Shown in pieces: positions 51,946 to 64,000 of a DNA stretch of 64,000 nucleotides. Positions within the stretch are counted from its first letter, which is position 1; every line of letters starts with the position of its first letter. Source of the stretch: Squalus acanthias (taxonomy: Eukaryota); NCBI GenBank assembly GCA_030390025.1, contig JASTWF010000121.1, positions 992,001-1,056,000 of the forward strand, written 5' to 3'. The position numbers were made by a program, and so were the translations under genes. The notes under the pieces are model-generated. The model did no database searches, was not told the origin of the DNA, and saw nothing but the letters and a program-made list of their open reading frames with translations.

Positions 51946-53144
51946 AGTCCTTGGCTGGACGATTTAGGCACAGGTCTCTCCAGGCCGAGATTCAAGGCTC
52001 CAATGAGCAGGGTGTGGCTGGAGTGCAAGATCGACCCTCCCCTTTAAGAACTGTCGGGCGCCAGTGTGTCTGTGTTCCATCGCTAACTGACAGCACCTGC
52101 GCTGCGCCCGCGCTCTGAGTTAGCGCCTTGCTCCTCGGCCTTTGCGCCTTAAGACAGGTGTGTAGCGCCTGATTTAGCGCTCCAATCACCTCCAGGGGCG
52201 ATAGAAGTCAAGTTTGCAATCAGAGGCGATAATTAGCACCAGGCGCCAATCTTTGCGCCCGGCCGATAATTGCGCTCCAAATGAATTTCTCCCCCTAAGT
52301 AATTTATTGAGCAGTGAGGACGAATTTTGCGTGCAGTGTAGAGCATTTTCCCCTGGCACTAATTCAACATCGTTTGTCCTAACATCGCCATTCCTTGGCT
52401 ATAACAAATTTCTAGCCCATTCTAGAATACAGGCAGCAGAGTTTTGGATGAGCTCAAGTATATGTAGGGTGGAAGATGGGAGTCCGGCGAGGAATTGGAA
52501 TAGTAAAGTCTGGAGGTAACAAAGGCATGGATGGGGGTTTTCAGCAGTGGATGAGTTGAGGCAGGGGCAGAGTCGGACGATGTTACGGAGGTTGAAGTAG
52601 GTGGTCTGGGTGATGGAGCGGATATGTGGTCAGAAGCTCATCTCAGGGTCAAATCCATCACCAAGGTTAGCAAATGGTCTGGTTCAGCCTCAGACAGTTG
52701 CCAGGGAGAGGGATGGATTCGGTGGCTAGGGAACAGAGTTTGTGGTGCGGACCGAAGACAATGACTTCGGTCTTCCCAATAATTAGTTGGTGGAAATTTC
52801 TGCTCATCCAGTACTGGATGTCGGACAATCAGTCGAACAATTTAGAGACAGTGGAGGGGTGGAGAGAGGTGGTGGTGAGGTAAAGCTGGGTGTCATAAGC
52901 GTACGTGTGGAACCTGACCTGCTTTTGGATGAGTTTGCCAAGGGGCAGCATGTAGACGAGAAATAGGAGGGTGCCAAGGATATTTTTTCCACAGTACATA
53001 AATGTGTTAAAACACAAATTTCCTCGATCTTTTTAGCTTAATAATGGTGTAATTGCTGAAGATCACGAGAAAATTCAAGGCCCATGTCAACATTTTGTTT
53101 CGGAAAATACTGAAGTTAACATTTCACTCTCATTATTTGTTAAT

Positions 53145-53878
53145 CATAGAGTCATAACGGCACAGAAGGAGGCCATTCAGCTCATCGAGTCCGTGCCAGC
53201 TCTCTGTAGAGCAATCCAGTCAGTCCCATTCCCCAGCTCTATCCCCGTAGCCCTGCAAGTTTATTTCCCTCAAGTGCCTATCCCGTCTCCCCTTGAAAAC
53301 ATTGAGTGTCTCCGCTTCCACCACTTCCATCGGCAGCGAGTTCCATGTCCTCACCACCCGCTGCATAAAAAGGTTTTTCCTCACATCCCCCCTGTATGTC
53401 ATGCCCAAAACCTTAAATCTGTGTCCCCTAGTCCTTGTGCCATCAACTAGTGGCAACAGCCTTTCCCCGTCTAGCCTATCCAAACCCATCATAATCTTGT
53501 ACACCTCTATCAAATCGCATCGCAACCTCCTTTGCTCTAATGAAAACAAATCCAGCTTCTCCAACCTGACCTTGTAGCTAAGATCCCCCATTCCCGGAAC
53601 CATTCTGGTAAATCTCCTCTGCACCCTCTCAAGGGCCTTCACATCTTTCCTAAAGTGTGGTGACCAGAAATGTATCCACTACTCCAGTTGTGGCCTAACC
53701 AGCGCTTTATAAAGGTTCAGCATAACTTCTCTGCTTTTGTACTCAATACCTCTATTTATGAAGCCCATATGCTTTGCTAACCACTCTCTCAATATGTCCC
53801 GCCACCTTCAGGGACCTATGCACATTAGCTCCCAGGTCCCTCTGTCCCTGCACACTCTTTAAAACTGTGCCATTAGCC
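53145..53878 (-). mobile_element. CR1 3' fragment
   Basis: Close relative of 28107-28850; ALERVQRRFTRM..RTRGH. Confidence 0.88.
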
Positions 53879-53899
53879 TGTTTGTGCTACACATGTTTG

Positions 53900-54830
53900 G
53901 GGACAAGGTCAGGAACTCGGGGAGAGAGGGAGGGTCAGGAACTCAGGGAGAGAAGGAAGGTCAAGAACTCGGGGAGAGAGGGAAGGTCAGGAACTCGGGG
54001 AGAGAGGGAAGGTCAGGAACTCGGGGAGAGAGGGAGGGTCAGGAACTCGGGGAGAGCGAAGGTCAGGAACTCGGGGAGAGAGGGAGGGTCAGGAGCTCGG
54101 GGAGAGAGGGAAGGTCAGGAACTCGGGGAGAGAGGGAATTCGGTCAGGAACTCGCGGAGAGAGGGAAGGTCAGGAGCTCGAGGAGAGAGGGAAGGTCAGG
54201 AGCTCGTGGAGAGAGGGAGGGTCAGTAGCTCGGGGAGAGATGGAAGGTCAGGAGCTCGTGGAGAGAGGGAGGGTCAGGAACTCGGGGAGAGAGGAAGGTC
54301 AGGAACTCGGGGAGAGAGGGAAGGTCAGGAACTCGGGGAGAGAGGGAAGGTCAGGAACTCGGGGAGAGAGGGAGGGTCAGGAACTCGGGGAGAGAGGGAA
54401 GGTCAAAACCTCGGGGAGAGAGGGAAGCTCAGGAACTCGGGGAGAGAGGGAAGGTCAGGAGCTCGGGGAGAGAGGGAAGGTCAGGAACTCGGGGAGAGAT
54501 GGAAGGTCAGGAGCTCGGGGAGAGAGGGATGGTCAGGAACTCGGGGAGAGAGGGAAGGTCAGGAGCTCGGGGAGAGAGGGAGGGTCAGGAACTCGGGGAG
54601 AGAGGGAGGGTCAGGAGCTCGTGGAGAGAGGGAGGGTCAGGAACTTGGGGAGAGAGGGAGGGTCAGGAACTCGGGGAGAGAGGGACGGTCAGGAGCTCGG
54701 GGAGAGAGGGAAGGTCAGGAACTCGGGGAGAGAGGGAGGGTCAGGAACTCGGGGAGAGAGGGAGGGTCAGGAGCTCGGGGAGAGAGGGAAGGTCAGGAAC
54801 TCAGGGAGAGAGGGAGGGTCAGGAGCTTGG
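53900..54830. repeat. G-rich 26-bp AGGTCAGGA(A/G)CTCGGGGAGAGAGGG tandem repeat
   Basis: Directly visible tandem units. Confidence 0.92.
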
Positions 54831-55493
54831 GAGTGGGGCGGTTGGGGAAATCACGGAGATACAGTGGGGATTGGGGATAAACACGATCCAGGTCTAAAGG
54901 GGGGTGGGGGGAATGATCGCGAGAATGTGATCCAGATGGGTAGACGGATCATATTTACCCTTCCTGTTCGACGTAGATCACTTTCTTCCAACCCCACCCC
55001 CTTTACACCCGCACCACGTTCTCTCTCCCTCCCCTAGACCTGCTTGATTTCTCAGTAAGCCCAGCACGTGTGTGGAAAGTGACATTATTGGACTGGACGA
55101 AATCCGTAGGTCATGACGCTTTCACTATTCGCTTTATACCCAATGAATCTGTTAACAATCCGTGATCCACACACAATGCCCTATTTAAGAGGGGGGGGGG
55201 GCTGGGGGGTGGAGGGAAGAAGGTCAAGAAGTTGGGCGGGGGTGAGAAGGTCAGGAACTTGTTGGGGAGGTGCTGGAGAAGGTCAGGAACTTGGGCGGGG
55301 TGAGGAGGTCTGGAACTCGGGGCAGGGGGAAAGAAGGTCAGGCAGTTTGGGGGGGGCGTGCGGTGGAAGAAGGTCCTAACACGGGAGGGTGAGTGTTGTT
55401 TGTTCTTTGAATGCAGTAGTGCTAGCACTGTGATCTCTGTCTGGAGCTTGTCTGTCACAGTGAATGGATCAAATTACGCATTGCAAAGACTAT

Positions 55494-56245
55494 GGCCCAG
55501 AAATTCGGCACTTGTCGGGTGAGTACGCGCTGTGTACTCACCCGTAAGGCCACTTGAAGTGCCGGTTTCCTGCATGCACTGCACATGCGCGGGAAACCGG
55601 AACTTCCGGTCTGGTGAAGGGAGGGGTTCAGAGGTGAACCGCGTACGTGGGAGAGGCTGCGCGCACGCAGCAAACTTCGGGTTTTTTTCAGGTTTCTCCG
55701 GGAGGGTAAGTATTGAAGAAGCTGCGCTTTTAAAAAGGAGGCGCAAGGCTTGTTTTTAACAAGGTAAGTGGTTAATTAATTACAATTAAAAAAAAATTTC
55801 TACAGGTTTATCTTTTTTAGATACTTTAAAGAAAGGTAAGTTTCTTTTTAGCACCGTTAAAGAGTATAATTAATTTTTTCAAAAATTTAGATTTTTGTTT
55901 AAAGTAGTTAATTTATTTAACTTATAGTTATTTTAAAAATGTAAATTATTTGAAGTTTAAGTGTGGTTTTGGGGCCGATTTCAATTCATAGATTTGACAG
56001 GTCTTCCTGTCAAATCTATGAATGAAAGATGGTCTGCTGCCATTGGCTCTCCATGGCCCACGTGATCCCAGGGGACGCTTCGAACTAACTGCGCCCCTGG
56101 GACACGCAAGCACTGCGCGCCGGCAGCTGGAGGAGGCCCAGGACCCGAAGTTCTCGTGGGCCCAAAACACAACGGCAGGCGCGGTAGGTAAGTACGTGTG
56201 CGATGCTTACACCCGCAGGAAGCCTGAAAACCGAATTTCTGGTCC
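55494..56245 (+). mobile_element. Harbinger-type MITE, same family as 36884-37627
   Basis: TIR GGCCCAGAAATTCGG / CCGAATTTCTGGTCC; collinear core; absent from the paralogous site near 44630. Confidence 0.85.
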
Positions 56246-57558
56246 CTTGATTGCTCAGACAGGCAGGATCTTATGGCACATTCCAGACAAATTATTGGGT
56301 GTGTCTTGTCCTCCAAGGGGACCAATCAGAAATCTGGTCTTGTCATCCAAGTGGACCAATCAGAACTTTGGTGTTGTAAATACATGCTGTCCCTCTAATT
56401 ATCACAAGTTACAGTGCAAAAGCCCCACAGAAAGTCTGGGGCAAGTGTTAGTGTAATGAATGGTGAGCTCCGTTCGTTCACTGTTGACTGGCCAATAATA
56501 ATTGCCATTTTTCCCCAGTAACTGAAATTTCTAATATCAAAAATAAAATTATAAGCTTAATAGAAAATTCAAAAATGAACACCCTCTCACAATAACATGA
56601 TTAAATTTATCATTGAATTGTCTTTGAATGTCTTGAATAAAGTCTATACTTGAAAGCCTTGGCTTGTCTCCAGAGCTGGAGCTTCTCCACAACAGTTGGA
56701 CAGTTTCCAACCACATTCTGGTAATGGCTGTCTGAGCATGTACCGCTGCAAAATTCCCCAGCGTGCACTGAGGTCACGGCCCAGAATATTCCAGGTATAA
56801 CTAGGTAGCTAGGATTTCTGTGGCGAGTGTCTCACCTCCTGACTCCCCAAAGCCTTTCCACCTTCTACAAGGCACAAGTAAGGAGTGTGATGGAATACTC
56901 TCCACTTGCCTGGATGAGTGCAGCTTCAACAACACTCAAGAAGCTCGACACCATCCAGGACAAAGCAGCCCGCTTGATTGGTACCCCATCCACCACATTA
57001 AACATTCACTCCCTCCACCACCGGCATACCGTGGCTGCAGTGTGTACCATCCACAAGATGCACTGCAGCAACTCGCCAAGGCTCCTTCGGCAGCACCTCC
57101 CAAACCCGCGACCTCTTCCACCTAGAAGGACAAGGGAGCAGGCGCATGGGAACACCACCACCTCCAAGTTCCGCTCCAAATCACACACCATCCTGACTTG
57201 AAAGTATATTGCCGATCGTTCATCGTCGCTGGGTCAAATTCTGGAACTCCCTTCCTAACAGTACTGTGGAGTACCTTCACCACACGGACTGCAGCAGTTC
57301 AAGAAGGTGGCTCACCACCACCTTCTCAAGGGCAATTAGGGATGGGCAATAACTGCTGGCCTTGCCAGCGACATCCAAATCCCATGAACGAATAAAAAAA
57401 TAAACTCCCACAAACAATTTCCCCCTTTCCTGTTCAATACTGTTATTGTACATCATTAAATACAGAGTAACCTGCCAGCTTGTGAGCAAAAGCAAGCTGG
57501 TCAATAATTCAGATCAGGCAGGAGGAGAGGGTGTGAGTTTAGCAAGTGTGAGTCCTCT

Positions 57559-58682
57559 TGAAGGGATATTACCCTTTAGGTCTACCCCGGATCAGGCGTA
57601 TTCCTCAGACGTTCACTTTCAACTAAAGTTTGAGGTAGCCGAATCCTAAAGACGCCTAATTGGGTCTGAAGGTCTGGACCATCTCTCCCTAAAGGAAAGG
57701 AACAACCTGAAAATGTTACCATCCTCCAGATAGCACTTTTAATAAGTTTAGCTAGACTGTAACCTTCCGGATATTATGAGGGTTTGGAAAACTCCTCCAG
57801 AATTCTGCAACTCCTCGCCAAAGAGTGTACAGAGATTGAGTTTGCGAGTTTGATACAGAAGTATTATGTGAGATAATTCTAAAAATATATAGATTTATTA
57901 AAGAACCGACATGTAATTTACAGTTGGTGAGTCATTCGCAACATTAACAGTTCCAAAAAGAGAAAACTTTACAATCTTATTATCAGAGATCCCCAACTCT
58001 CAAATCTTAACTTCACTACAGTTTTACAGTTCTTAGTTTTCTACAGGATATCCATCAAAATCAAATACAGTACCTTTGATCCCCGAGGTACAAAGAGTTG
58101 TAGACTTACAGAGCCTGCCTCTGAAGCTGAGAATTGCTTTGCCCCTTTACAGCGAGTCTACTATCCCATTTGAGAGTTCAATAGTTATACCCTTTTCCAG
58201 TGGTATTTCCTTTAAGGTTTTCTGCTGATGTAAGCTAATTATCTCTAGTCATTTATCGCTGACTTCTACAATTCTTAGTCACCTCAGCTGGTAGTATTAC
58301 AGAATTGTGTCTCATCTCTAGGTGTTCTAAGTTTATCATAAAAAACGGGTGTAACAGCAGGTGTGTTTTTTACTTGATGTCATTTTTACGAAGGCAGATG
58401 TTTGTGCTTCTTTATGAAGTGTTAATTAGAACACCTTAACCAGGGTGAACTATTGACTTGTTCCAATGTCAGTCTGTCAGGAGCCTTTACCCTTCTGTTT
58501 CAATAAGGTTATTGATTCAGTTTCAACAACTATCTTATCTCTATAGCCAGAATGCTATCACAGCTTTTCCATAGTTAGGTTTCTAGATTTCCAAACCCAG
58601 TTTGTCATGTTTCAATAAGGCCAGAATTCTTTCATAGAATGGTGTATTTTTCTGAATAGGTTGTATGGCCTATTCCTTCACA
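57559..58682 (-). repeat. 3' LTR of foamy-like ERV
   Basis: Same termini; preceded on the minus strand by the purine tract AAAGAGGGG (58685-58693). Confidence 0.93.
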
Positions 58683-59294
58683 CACCCCTCTTTACCAAAA
58701 AATGAGATCAAAACATCAGGGCAGTGTTTGGTCAATTTTACTAATAAGGTTACAATATCATATTAAATTCACGAGATTCACAAGAGCCTAATCATGTGCT
58801 ACATGAAATTCCTTTTAAGTATTTCCCAGGACAAAGTTTTGCCTTATTTTAAATGGAACACAAATTAAAAGGATGATAGGTACATTGTCATGCAATTAGC
58901 GAAACAACATGTACTTAGAATGTCCAATTGCCAGATGTACTTTCCGTAGAGGTGAGTTCTCCATACGAGTCAAGGAGACATCATTTGGAACTAGCTGAAG
59001 CTTGACACGCTGTTCCATTGATCCAGCGTGTGGACAGATTCTTGTTTTCGTGAAGGCTTTGCCAGGAGCTCAGTTGATTCCTTCTCCATCGCAGTGTTTT
59101 CCTCCTTCGTTGAAGTAACTCATTGATCTTTACTTGTTTCGGTTGTGACTTTTTGTGAATCCAATTCCTGAGGTGTCGGCGACACTGTCTGGCTGACCAT
59201 CGTCAGTAGTTCGATCGCCTCCATTTCCTGTGTCGTGCTCCAAGCTGGGTCTTGGAAGACAGTGTACGACTGCACCTTGTATTGTTCCTCCATT

Positions 59295-59628
59295 TCAGTA
59301 TCCCGCAGGACATCTTTTGAGATTGTCTATGGAGACAGTTTTAAGAATATGCTTGCCATTCGGCTGATTAATATGTATTTTAACTGTTCTTTCGTTAATA
59401 ACAGAATGTATTTGAACAGGTTTTTTCCACTTAGATCTTAAACCAGGTTTTTGCTCGAACTTCTTTCCTGTACCAATTCTCCTGCTAGGGGTTGCCATGC
59501 TTTGTTTGTCAACTTTTTCTGCCTATTTGCCTCCCTTATCCTCTGATCAATTTGATGATCTCCTCTGTTACTTCTTTTTTTAAATCTAACTGTCGCTGTT
59601 GGGTCAAGGAATCAGAGAGTGTAGAGGC
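59295..59628 (-). pseudogene. pol: Foamy-like integrase C-terminal domain remnant
   Basis: KWKKPVQIHSVINERTVKI...KTVSIDNLK resembles the foamy IN CTD (W.KP..V....N.RTV...TVSIDNLK); separated from the core by a CR1 insertion. Confidence 0.82.
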
Positions 59629-59629
59629 A

Positions 59630-60814
59630 ATGGGTGGAGGATTGGTTATCTAACAGGAAGCAGAGAGTTGGGATAAATGGTTCATTCTCGGAATGGCAAC
59701 CGGTAGCCAGTGGTGTTCCGCAGGGGTCGGTGCTGGGTCCCCAACTCTTTACAATCTATATTAACGATTTGGAGGAGGGGACCGAGTGTAACATATCAAA
59801 GTTTGCAGATGATACAAAGATGGGAGGAAAGTAGAAAGTGAGGAGGACATAAAAACCTACAAGGGGATATAGACAGGCTGGGTGAGTGGGCGGAGATTTG
59901 GCAGATGCAATACAATATTGGAAAATGTGAGGTTATGCACTTTGGCAGGAAAATTCAGAGAGCAAGTTATTATCTTAATGGCGAGAAACTGGAAAGTACT
60001 GCAGTACAAAGGGATCTGGGGGTCCTAGTGCAAGAAAATCAAAAAGTTAGTATGCAAGAAGGCCAACGGAATGTTGGCTTTTATTGCTAGGGGGATAGAT
60101 TATAAAAACAGACAGTTATATAAGGTATTGGTGAGACCGCACCTGGAATACTGCATACAGTTTTGGTGTCCATACTTAAGAAAAGACATACTTGCTCTCG
60201 AGGCAGTACAAAGAAGGTTCACTCGGTTAATCCCGGGGATGAGGGGGTGGACATATGAGGAGAGGTTGAGTAGATTGGGACTCTACTCATTGGAGTTCAG
60301 AAGAATGAGAGGCGATCTTACTGAAACAAATAAGATTGTGAAGGGGCTTGATCGGGTGGATGCGGTAAGGATCTTCCCAAGGATGGGTGAAACTAGAACT
60401 AGGGGGCATAATCTTAGAATAAGGGGCTGCTCTTTCAAAACTGAGATGAGGAGAAACTTCTTCACTCACAGGGTAGTAGGTCTGTGGAATTTGCTGCCCC
60501 AGGAAGCTGTGGAAGCTACATCATTAAATAAATTTAAAACAGAAATAGACAGTTTCCTAGAAGTAAAGGGAATTAGGGGTTATGGGGAGCGGGCAGGAAA
60601 TTGGACATGAGGCTGAGTTTGGATCGGTCGAGGCCCTGTGGGTGGCGGAGCGGGCCCAGGGGCTGAGTGGCCGGGTCCTGCTCCTACTTCTTGTGTTCTT
60701 TAGATATGAGGTTAGGATCAGATCAGCCATGATCTTATTGAATGGCGGAGCAGGCTCGAGGGGCTGATTGGCCTACTCCTGCTCCTATTTCTTATGTTCT
60801 TATGTTCTTATGTT
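59630..60814 (+). mobile_element. 5'-truncated CR1 inserted into the proviral integrase
   Basis: [18 protein letters not shown], (TTATGTTC)n tail; integrase sequence on both sides. Confidence 0.92.
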
Positions 60815-62090
60815 CAATTAAAGAACTATGGATAAGCGGTGTATGCATCTCAACCCCATACATCAGATAATATGGAGTTTTAGGGGACACTGTCCTGATG
60901 CAGATGCGGGCACATTATTAAGTGATAGCTGCACCTCCGGAATGACGGTGGTCCACTTATTTCCCCTGATTCTCAACAGTTTGACCAATAGCTTTTTTAC
61001 TTCCTAGTTTTTATGTTCCACCAGCCCGCTGATTGCAGATGACGTGGCGTGCTGTGCTCTAACCCAATCCCCCTTTGTTCGCAGTAGTCTTTGAAGACCT
61101 TGGATACAAAGGCTCCGCCTTGATCGGTGTGTAAGATTTTGGGTGCACCGACTACAGTAATTATGTCAGTAATAGCATTGGCGAGTGCGTTTTCCGAAAC
61201 AGTTTTTGTGGGGACCAGCCAGCAGAAGGAAGTGCATCCATCTACACAAACGAGAACATGTCTGTATCCCAAAGATGGGGGAAGTGGTCCAATAAAGTCA
61301 ATAATGAATTTTCCCATTGGCTCATCAGCTTTCACAGGAGCCAATGGTGGTGGCTTAATTAGTGATGACTTATTGGTTAAATTGCATGGCTCACAATTTG
61401 CCACATATGTTTTACAGGCCTTAAGCATGCCTGGCCACCAATATAAAGGAGTCAATTTGCAGAATGTTGTTCTGGCACCACAATGTGCTTGACCTATGCC
61501 CTCGTGAGATTCTTTTACAAGCTGTTCTCGTTTGTGTCTCGGGGGTACTTCTCGGTTTCCCTTGGGCAACTTAACTAGCAGAATGCCCGTAGGGGTTTCC
61601 GAGTAAAGTACTTTGGTGGATATCCTGGTGGATTCTCTTTTGTTGGGTCTAATAGCTGAATCAGTTCCTTATCCTGATTAGCTGCCAGTTCTGCCCTAGT
61701 GATAACACTAATATTGGCATGGCCCCTCTCGAGGGGGTGTCATGCAGACCGAACGTTTCGCTTGTTCGTCTGCAAGACTGTTTCCTTTTGAGTGTACTGT
61801 CCCAGTGGTATGCCCGTTTACATGAATCACCTGACAATTCTGTTTCTCCATTCTCGAACGAAGAATGTCTTCCCACAATGACTTATGTTTTATGAGTTTA
61901 CCTTATGATTGGTAAAAATGTGTTTGTTCCCAGAAAACTAGATCTTGGTTATATCCTCTTTTACAGTAGTCACTATCCGTACAGATTAGTGTGGGTTTAA
62001 TAGGGTCTGCCTTTTCTAAAGCATACCATAGTGCTGCGGCTTCAGCATATTGCGCTGACTTATGGCCAAGGGGTATGGACAGTAATTCTT
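60815..62090 (-). pseudogene. pol: Foamy-like pol remnant: RNase H + integrase Zn-binding/core
   Basis: RNase H: SIPLGHKSAQYAE..ICTDSDY..*GKLIKHK..W..HVNGH..GNSLAD. Integrase: AHCG..LYWWPGM..C..C..FIIDFIGPLPPSLGYRHVLVCVDGCTSFCWLVPTK..ILHTDQGGAF..STPRHLQS. Disrupted by stops and frameshifts. Confidence 0.9.
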
Positions 62091-62566
62091 CTGGATAAAA
62101 ATAGGAATCTCAAAGTCCCTACTACTATCTCAAAGGAATCTCAAAGTCCTCCCAGCTGAGGATTGTTGGGATGTCCCTTTTTTAATCGTCATTGATGATC
62201 CCATCAAAAATAATTACTTGGTCTTGTGGAGGTACATGGATAGGATTATTTCCCCTAATAAGCAATCGTTTGAATTTCCTAATAAAAAGACTTGGCCAAT
62301 TCCGACAGGGTATGCCATTTCGTCAAGGACCTAACCCTCGGTTACGGTTTAATATGAACTTTATAAGAAATTTCTAGACCTCAATGGTATATTGAGGGAG
62401 TTCTGATTTAAGTTCTACAAGGCCTGATCAGGGACTTGTCATCTCTAGAGACTTAAATCTGGGTCTTAGTACCACTGTCAGTAAACACTCCTTCTATACT
62501 TAACAACCTACAAGATGGATATCGATATAAATATAAGTATAGGTTCTGTATCAAGTCGTTAACACA

Positions 62567-62580
62567 CACGTTGGGCGCCA
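62567..62580 (-). promoter_or_regulatory. Primer-binding site, tRNA-Lys1,2 type
   Basis: TGGCGCCCAACGTG 2 nt inside the 5' LTR end; matches the first 14 nt of the Lys1,2 PBS TGGCGCCCAACGTGGGGC used by foamy viruses. Confidence 0.88.
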
Positions 62581-62582
62581 AC

Positions 62583-63716
62583 TGAAGGGATATTTACTAG
62601 TCCTCGCCCCTTTGGGGCTAGCCCAGTTCAGGTGTATTCCTCAAACGTTCACTTTCAACTAAAGTTTGAGGTAGCCGAATCCTAAAGACGCTTAATTGGG
62701 TCTGAAGGTCTGGACCATCTCTCCCTAAGGAAAGGAACACTGAAAATGTTACCATCCTCCAGATAGCGCATTTAATAAGTTTAGCTAGACTGTAACCCTT
62801 TCGGATATTATGAGGGTCCGGAAAACTCCCCCAGAATTCTGCAATTCCTCACCAAACAGTGTACAGAGATTGAGTTTGCGAGTTTGATACAGAAATATTA
62901 TGTGAGACAATTCTAAAAATATATAGATTTATTAAAGAACCGACATGTAATTTTACAGTTGGTGAGTCAATTGCAACATTAACAGTTCCAAAAAGAGAAA
63001 CCTTTACAATCTTATTATCAGAGATCCTTACTCTCAAATTTAACTTCGCTACAGTTTAACAGTTCTTAGTTTTCTACAGGATATCCACCAAAATCAAATA
63101 CAGTACCTTTGACCCCCGAGGTACAAAGAGTTGAAGACTTACAGAGCCTGCCTCTGAAGCTGAGAATCGCTTTGCCCCTTTACAGCGAGTCTACTATCCC
63201 ATTTGAGAGTTCAATATTTATACCCTTTTCCAGTGGTATTGCCTTTAAGGTTTTCTGCTGATGTAAGCTAATTATCTCTAGTCATTTTTCTGCTGACTTC
63301 TGCAATTTTTAGTCACCTCAGCTGGTAGTATTACAGAATCGTGTCTCATCTCTAGGTGTTCCAAGTTTACCATAAAAAATGGTGTAACAGCAGGTGCGTT
63401 TTTTACTTGATGTCATTTTTACGAAGGCAGTTGTTTGTGCTTCTTTATGAAGTGTAAATTAGAACACCTTAACCAGGGTGAACTATTGACTTGTTCCCAA
63501 TGTCAGTCTATCAGGAGCCTTTAACCTTCTGTTTCAATAAGGTTATTGATTCAGTGTCAACAACTATCTTATCTCTATAGCCAGAATGTTATCACAGCTT
63601 TTCCATAGTTAGGTTTCTAGATTTCCAAACCCAGTTTGTCATGTTTTAATAAGGCCAGAATTCTTTCATAGAATTGTGTATTTTTCTGAATAGGTTATAT
63701 GGCTTATTCCTTCACA
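62583..63716 (-). repeat. 5' LTR of foamy-like ERV
   Basis: Minus strand TGTGAAGG...CCCTTCA; aligns end to end with 57559-58682. Confidence 0.93.
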
Positions 63717-64000
63717 CTCTTGGAGAAGGACATCATTTGGACTGAATACTTTGTACTGTGGGATTATTGGGCAGTGCAGGGGGTGTGAAAGGGTGAAATC
63801 TGCTTCTCAATGAGAAGGCGCCTTCTTTGATGGACTATTTACAGTGCGGCACTATTTGGTAGCGCAGTTAAATATTAAAGAGTAAAAATCTAATGATTTA
63901 TTCTCTTGCAAAGAACCATATTAAATGCAGCATGTAGCAAATGCTGAGATTATTTATTGTTCTTGCTTTATCGAGAGTCCGTTGTGGCTCGAGGGGTGGC

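Larger units (their letters stand above)
48111..52295 (+). mobile_element. PIF/Harbinger DNA transposon, autonomous structure
   Basis: TIRs GGGGGAAAAATTCA / TGAATTTCTCCCCC; TSD TAA (48108-48110, 52296-52298); convergent transposase and Myb/SANT genes. Confidence 0.93.
57559..63716 (-). mobile_element. Endogenous foamy-virus-like (spumavirus-related) provirus, internally deleted
   Basis: Two ~1.13-kb direct LTRs; 4-bp TSD CTCT (57555-57558 and 63717-63720); PBS TGGCGCCCAACGTG after the 5' LTR; purine tract before the 3' LTR; pol remnants resembling foamy-virus RNase H and integrase. Confidence 0.92.

Noticed and set aside
58700-59290. Foamy env or accessory (tas/bet) gene call
   Set aside because: Its position after IN fits an env start, but there is no open frame or motif I can recognise; left unassigned.

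Overview
Repeat-dense vertebrate genomic DNA whose retroposon content points to a cartilaginous fish (inference). The + strand carries most of a spliced immunoglobulin-superfamily receptor gene (exons 1546-1893, 6267-6611, 12820-12954, 13133-13206, 17912-17953, 18090-18132, probable last exon from 18626). It encodes two germline-joined V-J-type Ig domains, no C domain, an uncharged TM helix, a YENV motif and an ITAM-spaced YMAL-x7-YSEL pair split by an in-frame TGA. A signal-peptide exon at 38326-38377 probably starts a neighbouring paralogue whose first intron runs off the window end. The window also holds an internally deleted endogenous foamy-virus-like provirus (57559-63716, - strand; tRNA-Lys1,2 PBS, 4-bp TSD, spumavirus-like RNase H and integrase) and a related solo LTR (24506-25591). 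Other contents: a structurally complete PIF/Harbinger transposon (48111-52295) with non-autonomous relatives, many CR1/L2/RTE/Penelope/SINE fragments, several minisatellites and two local segmental duplications.
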